IMG/VR virus record: IMGVR_UViG_3300037458_000739
Location: 1-24,606 of that record
From: a virus
Taxonomy: Duplodnaviria > Caudoviricetes
Strand: one strand, 5' to 3'
Length of the DNA: 24,606 nucleotides
Below are positions 1 through 8,750 of this stretch, piece by piece. Below the pieces are notes generated by a model that was not told where the DNA came from, did no database searches, and saw nothing but the letters and a program-made list of their open reading frames with translations. Within the stretch, counting starts at the first letter, position 1. Each line of letters begins with the position of its first letter. The position numbers were made by a program, and so were the translations under genes.

Positions 1-89
1 GCTGCTAGTAAATGAACATTAGCAATAGCTAATTCATCTGTATGCGCTCGTAGCTTCATATAAGCTTCATTCAAAGGATCAGTTGCCAT
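1..89 (-). CDS. Hypothetical protein, 5' portion only (MATDPLNEAYMKLRAHTDELAIANVHLLA...), runs off the window
   Basis: ATG at 89 overlaps the end of ORF 79-297; frame is open to the window edge. Confidence 0.55.
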   Translation of the reverse strand, partial: MATDPLNEAYMKLRAHTDELAIANVHLLA

Positions 90-297
90 CTTTAACAAGC
101 TCCACAAATTCAACATCTGACTTTTTGTAATAGACCGGCTCTACTGCTAATCTACTGTTTGGGTTTCGTAGTGAAACAACTCTTTGATGTACTTCTACAA
201 CTCTATACTTCGTAAGTGCGCTTGCTCCATATAGCTTTACAAACCATACTTGACCAGGTTCAATCACAGGCTTAAACTTTTTACTGTTATCAAACAT
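79..297 (-). CDS. Hypothetical phage protein (72 aa)
   Basis: ORF with AAGGAG Shine-Dalgarno just upstream. Confidence 0.75.
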   Translation of the reverse strand: MFDNSKKFKPVIEPGQVWFVKLYGASALTKYRVVEVHQRVVSLRNPNSRLAVEPVYYKKSDVEFVELVKDGN

Positions 298-312
298 AAT
301 AGCTCCTTGCGT

Positions 313-339
313 AAAAAAGCCCCCAGTTAAAACTGGGGG
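313..339 (-). terminator. Rho-independent terminator
   Basis: Minus strand CCCCCAGTT-TT-AACTGGGGG-C followed by TTTTTT, downstream of 435-992. Confidence 0.8.
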
Positions 340-434
340 ACATAAAACCTAGCAGCAGGTCTCTAGAAGAAGCAAGAGAGACCTGCCCTGGTTTTTACTT
401 TAGATTGACAGCCTCAAATGAGGAACTGGATCTA

Positions 435-992
435 TTACGCGGCTTCCTTGGCCTTCTTTTCAGCCGCCATCTTGGCACGATAGGCAGCCAGAGCTTCCGC
501 AGCCTTAGGCGGAATCTGACGCTTTTCAATGCCAGCTTCAAATGCCTCGAGAACAGCTTCCTTATTGGTAAGAATCCATTCAGCAAGCTCTTCATTACCT
601 TCCGAAGCAGCCGCCAGAGTATTACGAGCAGCAGTAGCCTTTTCTTCTTCAGTCATACGCTTGACTGACGGCCAACGGAATGAATCCATAATGGCTTGGG
701 CATGCTCAACAACAAAGGTGAACTTAGGATTGCCGGCTTCTTCAACAGCCTTCAGGGCTTTAGCAAGCTTTCCATGCTCAACCTTACTAACACGACGAAT
801 AGTGCCAGTCTCAAAGGCCATTTCTACGGTTTCTTGGTTAGCGATTAACCAGTCAACCAGCTCAGCATTATTCTTTGTGAGCTTATTCAGAGCTTCACGA
901 ATCTTCGGAAGGCGAACGTGATCTTGCGCTTCCTTCTTAGTAGCAAAGACCTTACCATCAGGCGTTACAAACGCTGCTTGTACGATAGACAT
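435..992 (-). CDS. Ala/Lys/Glu-rich helical protein with internal repeats (185 aa), function unknown
   Basis: Start placed at ATG 992 (AAAGGAAAATCG-ATG); repeats NAELVDWLIANQETVEMAFETG and NEELAEWILTNKEAVLEAFEAG; terminator downstream. Confidence 0.8.
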   Translation of the reverse strand: MSIVQAAFVTPDGKVFATKKEAQDHVRLPKIREALNKLTKNNAELVDWLIANQETVEMAFETGTIRRVSKVEHGKLAKALKAVEEAGNPKFTFVVEHAQAIMDSFRWPSVKRMTEEEKATAARNTLAAASEGNEELAEWILTNKEAVLEAFEAGIEKRQIPPKAAEALAAYRAKMAAEKKAKEAA

Positions 993-1008
993 CGATTTTC
1001 CTTTGTTT

Positions 1009-1217
1009 AAAAAATTGATGGAGAACGTCTCCATCTCTTCCTCTGAGATTCAGGGTTAATCTAACGGGATAGTCCCGCCAACGGCTATGACAGACAGAAC
1101 CCAACGACTGTCGCCATAGAGCCCCAGGAAGGTACCAGGTTGGACGCATACGCCACGACTGGCACCCTCCCCTAGCGCCCCTATTTCGGTGTAGAACGGA
1201 GGCACCCTGGGCCACTC
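1009..1217 (-). ncRNA. Candidate structured ncRNA or 5' leader, family unknown
   Basis: GC-rich intergenic island with several hand-identified helices and a terminal GATGGAGA-CGT-TCTCCATC hairpin plus U-tract. Confidence 0.55.
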
Positions 1218-1225
1218 TTCTTCAT

Positions 1226-1402
1226 TTATTTTTTAAGTTTATAAATAAGCATATTTGACCCCAGCCAATACCCTAGTGGATTTATAGCAGTGCCATTTTC
1301 TTTATTTATACGACGAATCTTAATAATGTATTCTGGTTCTTTAGCTTCCTCCTTTGAAATAGTTAGTGTTACTATAACATCTTTATCAAAGTATATATCC
1401 AT
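1226..1402 (-). CDS. Hypothetical protein (58 aa, MDIYFDKDVIVTLTISKEE...), not in ORF track
   Basis: Hand-translated open frame abutting the stop of the DHH gene. Confidence 0.6.
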   Translation of the reverse strand: MDIYFDKDVIVTLTISKEEAKEPEYIIKIRRINKENGTAINPLGYWLGSNMLIYKLKK

Positions 1403-2257
1403 TTACAACTGTGCTAATGAGTGTTTATTATCTACTCTAAACCCAGCGGCGTTAAGATGACCCCCTCCACCGTATTTAGAGGCAATTTCTGAAACATCTA
1501 CTTGCCCTCTGGCTCTTAAACTAAAAGTACGTCCTTCTTTTGTGTCATGGTACATTAATACAAAAGGCCACTCGCCCCTCTTACCTGATAGCATCTCCGA
1601 ACCAAGATCGCTAACTAGCATTCCTGGACAATCAACAAGAGGAATATTGTAACCTTCAAAATTAATTACTCTTGATGATGACTTAATAATAGAATCAATT
1701 ACATCCGTTCTATATCTAATAATCGCCTCACCTTCTTTAATTAATTCATTCCTTCCCTTTTTTGTATTTAATCTTTTGTTAAGGAAATCATAAGAGACAA
1801 TATTGCGAGGATATGAATACAATGCAGTATTTATCTCTTTAGAGTTATCAAGTTCAAATTTCCATAGATCTCTGTCTTGTATATATTGAATTAAAAGTGG
1901 AGGTTTCTTTGTACCATGGTAAGCTTTCCATGCAATCATTGCACCTGAATGTTGTAGTGTAGAGTGAGAAAGATTTAGATTAAGAATTTTTCCTGGCAAA
2001 TCCCAAATGTCATCAAGAGCTGATTTATGATGGTCTAATACTGCCACTCGTTCTGCATATTGACACAGCACTTTCAAAACATCTCTTTTTGGACAGAAGT
2101 CTAAGAATATAACATCTTTCTTATAAATATCCGGTAAAGGACCGCCGTAATTAGCTTCGTAATAAGAAGCACTAGCGCCAAGAGCAGACCAGACAGCCCA
2201 TGCAGCACCAGTTCCGTCAGAGCAATTTCCATGATAAATAAAGATAGAATTAGACAT
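1403..2257 (-). CDS. DHH/DHHA1-family phosphoesterase (nanoRNase-like)
   Basis: Motifs YHGNCSDG, FLDF, VLDHHKS and C-terminal GGGGHLNAAGF. Confidence 0.9.
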   Translation of the reverse strand: MSNSIFIYHGNCSDGTGAAWAVWSALGASASYYEANYGGPLPDIYKKDVIFLDFCPKRDVLKVLCQYAERVAVLDHHKSALDDIWDLPGKILNLNLSHSTLQHSGAMIAWKAYHGTKKPPLLIQYIQDRDLWKFELDNSKEINTALYSYPRNIVSYDFLNKRLNTKKGRNELIKEGEAIIRYRTDVIDSIIKSSSRVINFEGYNIPLVDCPGMLVSDLGSEMLSGKRGEWPFVLMYHDTKEGRTFSLRARGQVDVSEIASKYGGGGHLNAAGFRVDNKHSLAQL

Positions 2258-2468
2258 CGTAGTACTGTTCTTTCATTTTCTCAAGAATTTCAACAGCTAT
2301 ATTAGACCAAGTTTTTGAAGATACGAAATTATTTTCTGGCATTGGGTTGTCTTTTACAAATTCAGAGTATCTTTGGATAGCTAATAAAATGAATCCTTGT
2401 GTTAATTCACCATATTTTGAATACTCCATTAAGTCAGTCACAAACTCAACATTATTTTTTCTCTTCAT
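2250..2468 (-). CDS. Hypothetical protein (probable start MKRKNN)
   Basis: Start moved to ATG 2468 to avoid a long overlap with 2452-2643. Confidence 0.65.
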   Translation of the reverse strand: MKRKNNVEFVTDLMEYSKYGELTQGFILLAIQRYSEFVKDNPMPENNFVSSKTWSNIAVEILEKMKEQYYDV

Positions 2469-2643
2469 ATACGATATCCATTTTACTAGGATGTTGATTG
2501 CTGATATAGCAACCATCCCTAGTGTATTGATGTAATTCACCCCTTTCATCTAGAAAGACTAAGGGGTGACTCTCATTGGAGCTATAGGCAACAAGTGTTA
2601 CTTTTATATTGCCCTTAGTCAGAAAAGAGTCACCTAACTTCAT
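2452..2643 (-). CDS. Hypothetical phage protein (63 aa)
   Basis: ATGA overlap with the upstream gene (translational coupling). Confidence 0.7.
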   Translation of the reverse strand: MKLGDSFLTKGNIKVTLVAYSSNESHPLVFLDERGELHQYTRDGCYISNQHPSKMDIVYEEKK

Positions 2644-3629
2644 TCAAAAATCTCGTCTAATAGTTTAGCAATATAAGTAGAATCAACTTTCTCTTTTGTA
2701 TTTTCAAGAGATCTAATCAGCTGCCACATGTAAGCTTGATCCACACCAATAAGCTGATCTCTTAGCACTTGATGATTTTTGAGATCCAGTTCATTTACCT
2801 GCCATACCATCTTCAAGATCTGGCCTGCAGTGATTCTCCATCCTCTTTCAATAAACTTCCGAATACGGAAAAGAGATGCAATTGGATAGAGACTCCCATT
2901 ATAGACAAGTGTTTTACTAAGAATACATTCTAATGCTTCTCTTGGTAATTCAAGTGTGTCAGTTTTGTAATCATAGTAGCACATTGTATGTGCAAAGTCA
3001 AAATTCTTATGGATCTCTTCTGGAGTTCCATAGAACCTAATTATGATTTGTATTTTATGGTTTAATGTAATTGCATTCTGAGACAAGAATACAGGTACAT
3101 ATTTCTTATCTGTAAGCTCTTTCTTTAGATCTTCAGCTGTTGAAATAGGATCCTTTTCAAACTCATCAGTAAGCGTATCTTCCTTAAGTGAGGATATAAA
3201 GTTATCTGTTGTATACTCTTCTTCACTTTCGAAATATGAGTACTCTATCTGTGACTGTGAAGCTACACCTGCAGACTTTATATAGATTACAAGTCTACGT
3301 TCTACTTCACCTCTTATGTTCTTAATCTCTTCAATTTTTAAATCTGGCTTGTAGGACTTAACTCCAGACTTTACAGTTAATTCTTTTAAAAGATTAAAAA
3401 GAGATACGTAAAAGGATGCAACTCGTGTAGCTGCTTCGAAAGTCTTAAAGTAAATATCATAATCATTTGGAGAGTCACCTTGTAACAGAGATGTAATCGC
3501 ACCACCACTTACAATTACATTATCTTTCACAAGAGTTTGCATCTCCTTCTCTTTAAAGGTATTGTCTACCCAATGGTCTATCTTATTGCGAATAATTTTC
3601 TTAATCGTACCTGTCTTAAATCCCATCAT
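2640..3629 (-). CDS. Pol-beta-superfamily nucleotidyltransferase-like protein
   Basis: hhhGGAI...NDYDIYF signature (GG plus DxD) and later NFDF motif as in CCA/poly(A)-type NTase heads; substrate unknown. Confidence 0.7.
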   Translation of the reverse strand: MMGFKTGTIKKIIRNKIDHWVDNTFKEKEMQTLVKDNVIVSGGAITSLLQGDSPNDYDIYFKTFEAATRVASFYVSLFNLLKELTVKSGVKSYKPDLKIEEIKNIRGEVERRLVIYIKSAGVASQSQIEYSYFESEEEYTTDNFISSLKEDTLTDEFEKDPISTAEDLKKELTDKKYVPVFLSQNAITLNHKIQIIIRFYGTPEEIHKNFDFAHTMCYYDYKTDTLELPREALECILSKTLVYNGSLYPIASLFRIRKFIERGWRITAGQILKMVWQVNELDLKNHQVLRDQLIGVDQAYMWQLIRSLENTKEKVDSTYIAKLLDEIFE

Positions 3630-4522
3630 TACTCCTTAAAGTCCATTTCATCCCTGAAGCCAACTGCTCTTGGAAATCTAGGAAGATCTTTCATTCCATA
3701 TGTCATAAACCTAAACTTAAGATATTTATATTTAAATGTATCTTGAAACTTCCACACAAACTTTCTTTCATCATGTGTGAATTGTCCTGGTGCAACTTTT
3801 AGCTCTTGTTCTTTATACTTTACAATAAACTTTCCAAGAGTGTCAGCTGGTACCATTCCTTCTTTCTCATACGACCTTTTTGCATAGCCAAGTTCATCTA
3901 TTTCAAGAGCGTTAGTATTTGTATACTGTTCTTCAAAGCCGATGATCTGCGCTTCATCTTCTTGGAATCTTTTGAGTTTATAGATAATACCTTCTCTCCA
4001 TGTAGCTCTACCATTCTTGTAAGAACTAATGGGGGACCTCATCATAATACCTTCAAATCCCATTGCTAAGCAATATTTTTCATACTCAATAAGCTCTTCT
4101 TCATCTTCTACCAACTGCTGTTCTACAAGCCTTACATGTCCTAATAGATTCTGACGCTTTAATACATCATATCTCTCAAAGAACGGATGATGAAGATAAT
4201 CAGGATGAGTATAGTCAAAGACATAAAAAGCAAGATCTCCTGGTTTACCTTCTGACATTACATGGCTAAGAGTTCGATTATAAACATTTGAGTCAATCTT
4301 GCCTTCAATCAGCTCCCCGTCAAAATGCTCATATTTTCCGAACTCTTCCTGTACCTGATAAGAGGGTAGCATTTTTCCAGTTCTAGAGAGTGCAACACCT
4401 CCTTTAATTAAACATCTGATACCATCATACTTTGGTGAACAAAGCAAAGGATATCTTAATTCTTTAAAGTAATTTGGATACCTTAGGGGGTCTTCACCAG
4501 GTGCAAGTAGTGGTCTAAACAT
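3629..4522 (-). CDS. lig: ATP-dependent DNA ligase
   Basis: Motif I KYDGIR, III FDGEL, IIIa FYVFD, IV FEGIMMR, V KLK, VI PRFP. Confidence 0.93.
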   Translation of the reverse strand: MFRPLLAPGEDPLRYPNYFKELRYPLLCSPKYDGIRCLIKGGVALSRTGKMLPSYQVQEEFGKYEHFDGELIEGKIDSNVYNRTLSHVMSEGKPGDLAFYVFDYTHPDYLHHPFFERYDVLKRQNLLGHVRLVEQQLVEDEEELIEYEKYCLAMGFEGIMMRSPISSYKNGRATWREGIIYKLKRFQEDEAQIIGFEEQYTNTNALEIDELGYAKRSYEKEGMVPADTLGKFIVKYKEQELKVAPGQFTHDERKFVWKFQDTFKYKYLKFRFMTYGMKDLPRFPRAVGFRDEMDFKE

Positions 4523-4717
4523 TTACTTTAAGGTTGTTCCAACCGTCATGTTATCGGCGACCAAGGAAATTGGGTAATTCTTTGCCTCTTCTGCTAGAAG
4601 TTGAGTAAACATCATTATAATACCCTGAATTGCAGCAATATTGGCAGGAGAACCTGTTTGTGAATTCACAAAATCTCTATATAACTGATTACCACGATCA
4701 AACTCTTCTTTAGTCAT
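4523..4717 (-). CDS. Hypothetical protein (64 aa)
   Basis: ORF with GAGG SD, in operon context. Confidence 0.65.
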   Translation of the reverse strand: MTKEEFDRGNQLYRDFVNSQTGSPANIAAIQGIIMMFTQLLAEEAKNYPISLVADNMTVGTTLK

Positions 4718-4729
4718 GTATACCTCTAA

Positions 4730-4981
4730 TCAAAAAAGATTACCTTGTCCACCATAGTCTTCATCAGTCCCCATTCCGGCAGATGCTAATGCTGATTGAT
4801 GGTCTCCATCCATTTCGCCAGGATCTGGATCAAAATCTCCATTGTAAGAATCTAGAGCTTCATCTAAAGCTTCGCGAGCTGTCCTACATACACCAAGAAC
4901 TGAAGATCCATCGTTCTGTGTCATGGCCCATGCCCAATCTCCATAATCGGTTAACTGTAAAACAATTTTAGGATTACTCAC
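4730..4981 (-). CDS. Hypothetical acidic protein (83 aa)
   Basis: GTG start overlapping the upstream stop; C-terminal MDGDHQSALASAGMGTDEDYG segment. Confidence 0.7.
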   Translation of the reverse strand: MSNPKIVLQLTDYGDWAWAMTQNDGSSVLGVCRTAREALDEALDSYNGDFDPDPGEMDGDHQSALASAGMGTDEDYGGQGNLF

Positions 4982-5363
4982 CTTCTACCTCAACAACTTC
5001 TTCAATGGAACAAATGAGTTCTGATAAAACTGTATCTTCATCGAAATTTTCAATTTCATTAATACAGCTAGAAACATCATCTGCAGCTGACTCAAATATT
5101 TCTGCGTTATTTGTGTAAGACTCTGCTTTTGAGGATTGTTGTAAGTTTTCTGAAAGATTGTCAAATTTTTCTCTTTCTTCTTCTGCGATCTGAGAATATC
5201 CGTCAAACAAATCTGTCAAAGCCTCTTTAAGATCTGTCTTCGAAATCTCAGCCTTTATTTCTTCTATCGAGAACTCAGAATCTTCAAAAGCTCTTAACTT
5301 TTGAAGCTCAAAATTAACTGCATCTTGCAGTTTACAGAGCATACTTCTTTGTTGTTTGTTCAT
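4974..5363 (-). CDS. Highly acidic helical hypothetical protein (probable start MNKQQR)
   Basis: Open frame very rich in E/D; start moved to ATG 5363. Confidence 0.7.
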   Translation of the reverse strand: MNKQQRSMLCKLQDAVNFELQKLRAFEDSEFSIEEIKAEISKTDLKEALTDLFDGYSQIAEEEREKFDNLSENLQQSSKAESYTNNAEIFESAADDVSSCINEIENFDEDTVLSELICSIEEVVEVEGE

Positions 5364-5394
5364 GATTTTAAAAGGGTATCCGAAGATACCCTTG

Positions 5395-5754
5395 TTAGGC
5401 CCATACAATTGTATCATCTAGAGCTTTAGCAGATTCTGCTAAAATTTCTAGACGATACGCCCTTGATAACATGACTGAATCATGTTTATGATTTTCTCTA
5501 AAGACCTTTAATTTCTGAGATAGTTCTGAAATATTTTCAATCTCACCTACATAGACATCCATGTCTTCAGTGATAAGACTTAATTGTCTTAGCAAGTATA
5601 TCGCATTCACATTACTAAAATTAACATTAGGGTAAATATCTTCTGTCAAATACCTCGTATTATAAATTGGGTCTTCAGGTTCAGATGTATTAAAATCTGG
5701 ATTGGACACTTTTACTGAGGTATTATGGTTTTTCAAGAAGAATGTAATACTCAT
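5395..5754 (-). CDS. Hypothetical protein (119 aa)
   Basis: ATGA overlap with the upstream gene. Confidence 0.7.
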   Translation of the reverse strand: MSITFFLKNHNTSVKVSNPDFNTSEPEDPIYNTRYLTEDIYPNVNFSNVNAIYLLRQLSLITEDMDVYVGEIENISELSQKLKVFRENHKHDSVMLSRAYRLEILAESAKALDDTIVWA

Positions 5755-6020
5755 TTTTGAATTTCTCTCGCTATTGCAATAAAGTCTTTTGGAGATAGCC
5801 CAAATGCATCTAGAACTGTTACAGGTTGTTCATCAATTTTTACAAGAAATGAGATTAACTTAGAAGCTCTAATATATTCGTTTTCATGCTCACTAAGTGC
5901 AAGGTGTATAACTTTCATATGATGTATTGTTGCAAACCTTCCGTCTGAAAGGATGATCTCACTCTTTTTATCGGATTGGGCACATACCTCCAGCGCATTC
6001 GTCTCCAATTTCGAGTTCAT
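5751..6020 (-). CDS. Hypothetical protein (start uncertain; overlaps nrdJ 3' end)
   Basis: Fills the gap between nrdJ and the next gene; the ORF-track start at 6116 lies deep inside nrdJ. Confidence 0.55.
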   Translation of the reverse strand: MNSKLETNALEVCAQSDKKSEIILSDGRFATIHHMKVIHLALSEHENEYIRASKLISFLVKIDEQPVTVLDAFGLSPKDFIAIAREIQK

Positions 6021-8691
6021 CTCCTGACTTAACAGAGGTGATTGGAACAGTTTCTGAGACCAGTCTGTCATATTCTTCCTTTGTAATCTCCTCATAAGGA
6101 GCTTGAGCAAACCCATGATCAGAGTGTAGTAAGAAAGACAAGCTCTTGAAGTTATTAGAATAATTTTCTTCTAAGTATTTTCTAATAAGTGGGATCTCAC
6201 TCTTTCTGTAATACACTGTGCAAGAAACACTATTATCTGACCATACTGTTTGTAGCTGTTTGATAGTTTCTAATTGTTTAATTGCAGTCATCTGAGATGC
6301 CAATACAGTACCTTCAGGATATCTAAAGGGGAAAGTTACTACTACTGTATTATAGTCCTCAGAGCCATCAAAGTGCTTGGCAAACTCAACTGGGTACTTA
6401 TTACGTCTACATACTTCTGCTAGCTCATGGCTTGCAGCAATTCTAATTCTCCGATACATATACTGTGCATATGCAGGGTGAATTCCAGGAGTTACGCCTG
6501 GTAATAGACTTAAAGTACCGGATGGCTTAACTGTTGTGAGCTTAATGCTTGTATTAAAATCATTGAGCTCAGAGTAGCGATTATCAAAGTCCCTAAGATA
6601 ATTATAACCTTCATCGCACCACGACAATTGCTCTTGACTTGCTTGCAGAATTCCTGTGAGTCCAATTCCCATCCTCATATTTTTATGAACAATTCTTTCA
6701 GTCTCAGGGTTATGAGACGGAAGCAATAATGAATGTTTATTAATTCTATAAAGAAGTTCTAGAATATCAAGAAACTCTTCTTTTGAGTCTACGTTAGGTA
6801 AGAACACTTCTGCTAAGCAACATGTTTCAAATCTAGCTAATGATTGTTCCGCACACTTTATTGTTACTGGGACAAGTCATTTCTGCTTGTCTCTGCATGT
6901 TACCATGCAGAACAGACTATATCATCACCCATTTCTGGGGTTTATCGTCCGATTTTGTACTGAAAAGATGGAAGAATATATGGAGATACAATTTCTTCAA
7001 AAAGGTTTGAATACATATTTGGAATTGCCAAATCGTATCTCATTCCTTTTTTACGAGTATTTATCTCTAACCCAAGGGTTTCTTTTAAGCTCTTTTTTAT
7101 TAGCATAAGATCGCCATAACAGAGGTTGTTTAAATGTAGTCTATAAGATGGTGTTGCATTGTCCCATCTCTTATCTACATATCTACTTCCATCTGCCATA
7201 AATGCAATTGCTAAAAATTCCTCATCCATCAAAGTGAGCATATGTGGGTCAACCACCTTATGTCCGTTTAAATAAATTCTTTGATGTATTTTTGTAAAGA
7301 TTGGGTGATTATGACTTTGCAAACGTATTTGCTGTTGTCTATCGAACCCATCTTTTACATATATTTGAGGTAAGCTCTGTTTATAACCTACAGGCACTTC
7401 TTCCAGTGATTGTATGACTTTGTCTATGTAATCTTTATGCCTTTCTAACATATTGACTACTAAACACGCATTTGTTGAATTGCCGGGGAACATCAAATGC
7501 CCATCAAACATTGAAAAAGCATACAATCGTTTATTCAGATCTTTAATCATAGTCGTTACACTCTCCATATCGGATTAGCACGGTATTGTCCTTAAAGGAG
7601 TTTCACCGTTTTTAGATAAATTTTCTATAAGAATTACTTCTTAAAGCCCCTTATTGCAAAGGGTTATAACCCTCAACTTCTGGATCGGGATATTCTGTCT
7701 CATTCAATCTTCCAACTTCTCGTGAAAGTCGAAGATTGATCAAGCCATACGGTTCGCCTTTACCTTCGTAGCCATCCCAAAAGTATTCATGAAGATCTTC
7801 TAAATTATCTACAGCGACACTGTTGTTTGACATTCCTCGCCAGCTAGGAATATTACCCATATCCCAACGCTTTGCAAGCAAGTATTCTACATCATCAGGG
7901 TCACCTATTGCAATCTGTGCTGATCTACGAACATTTCCAGCCACGATTATATGGCCGATAATATTCATAATATCTAGAGCATCAATAGGTCTAATCTTCT
8001 TTCCACGCCTCTTCATCAATATCTCAGAGATCTTTCCTATACCCCACACTAAATCTTCAGGCCCGGATGCAACACCTCCAAACCCTTTGATAGGAGTACC
8101 CTTACCTCTGATTACCTGTGTAGAGAAGGTAAACGATCCCTTTTCCTTTGTTTCAGATAGAAAAGCTGCCTTGAGAGTTTTTCCTAGGAACTTTACCCAT
8201 CCTTCTCTAGAATCAGGAATAATGTAATCAGCACCACCATGATCAAGTCTGGTAGGTGCATGGAACCATTCTCTAACTACTGGAAGTTTGTTTATATTTT
8301 TCTTTTGTAAGTTATAACCTACTCCAGAGCCCAATGCTAGCATATCCATTGCCCAGCAGAAAGGTCGTACAGGAGAGTCTATCGTCGTAAAGGCACAATT
8401 TTGTAAAGAAGCTAATCCGAGTCTATCTACTGTCTTTGTACCTAATTGCCACAAGAATCTTCCAGCAACTGAGCCCTTTAGACTTAGAAAGTAATATCTC
8501 AGACGATCTTCTTCTTCTTCAGTAAAACCAACTTTTAGCTGATTCCTACAAGCTTCAATTACTCGTTCAATAGTTTCATTAAATTCTTCAGTTCTGTTCT
8601 CACCCTCTACTGGTCTTGCATATGTTCTCTTATATGTCAGATAACCAACAGAAGACCATGGAGTTGTAGAAGAACTTGGGATTGTTGCCAT
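5968..8691 (-). CDS. nrdJ: Class II (adenosylcobalamin-dependent, monomeric RTPR-type) ribonucleotide reductase, spliced: exon 1 8691-7660, exon 2 6855-5968 (about 639 aa)
   Basis: LQNC, VAGNVRRSAQI, GYNP|CAEQSL..ETCCLAEV restored across the intron, TTVKPSGT, C-terminal ECAGGMCPIR. Confidence 0.93.
6856..7659 (-). mobile_element. Group I intron in nrdJ (804 nt)
   Basis: P1 CCCU|U/AGGGG with U-G at the 5' splice site; P2 UAAGAA/UUCUUA; P3 UUUAUC/GAUAAA; P4 ACGGUG/UACCGU; R GUAACGACUAU; S GAUGAUAUAGUCU; P9 UCUGCAUG/CAUGCAGA; terminal G; excision restores the frame. Confidence 0.93.
6942..7550 (-). CDS. Intron-encoded double-motif LAGLIDADG homing endonuclease
   Basis: Two motifs LYAFSMFDG and LAIAFMADG; probable start MIKDL at 7550 with GGAGAG upstream (alternative start 7568). 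Confidence 0.82.
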   Translation of the reverse strand: MIKDLNKRLYAFSMFDGHLMFPGNSTNACLVVNMLERHKDYIDKVIQSLEEVPVGYKQSLPQIYVKDGFDRQQQIRLQSHNHPIFTKIHQRIYLNGHKVVDPHMLTLMDEEFLAIAFMADGSRYVDKRWDNATPSYRLHLNNLCYGDLMLIKKSLKETLGLEINTRKKGMRYDLAIPNMYSNLFEEIVSPYILPSFQYKIGR

Positions 8692-8750
8692 TGTTTGCCC
8701 TTTAACTGATTGATGAAACACTCCTTAGGTAGATCAATATACCTCTTGTT

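Noticed and set aside
54-64. 11-nt match (cttcatataag) to the 32-bp promoter-like repeat
   Set aside because: Inside a coding frame and lacks the rest of the motif; plausible by chance in AT-rich DNA
958-1215. 85-aa minus-strand ORF from the track
   Set aside because: No convincing SD, atypical composition, overlaps the next gene, and coincides with a densely base-paired GC-rich element; more likely a chance open frame
5751-6020. Faint resemblance to phage tail assembly chaperones
   Set aside because: Only a loose pattern by eye and the wrong genomic context; cannot be supported without a profile search
6856-7659. Intein or frameshifted pseudogene explanation for split nrdJ
   Set aside because: Exon 1 reads into a stop, no intein terminal residues are present, and group I RNA elements with exact frame restoration explain the split
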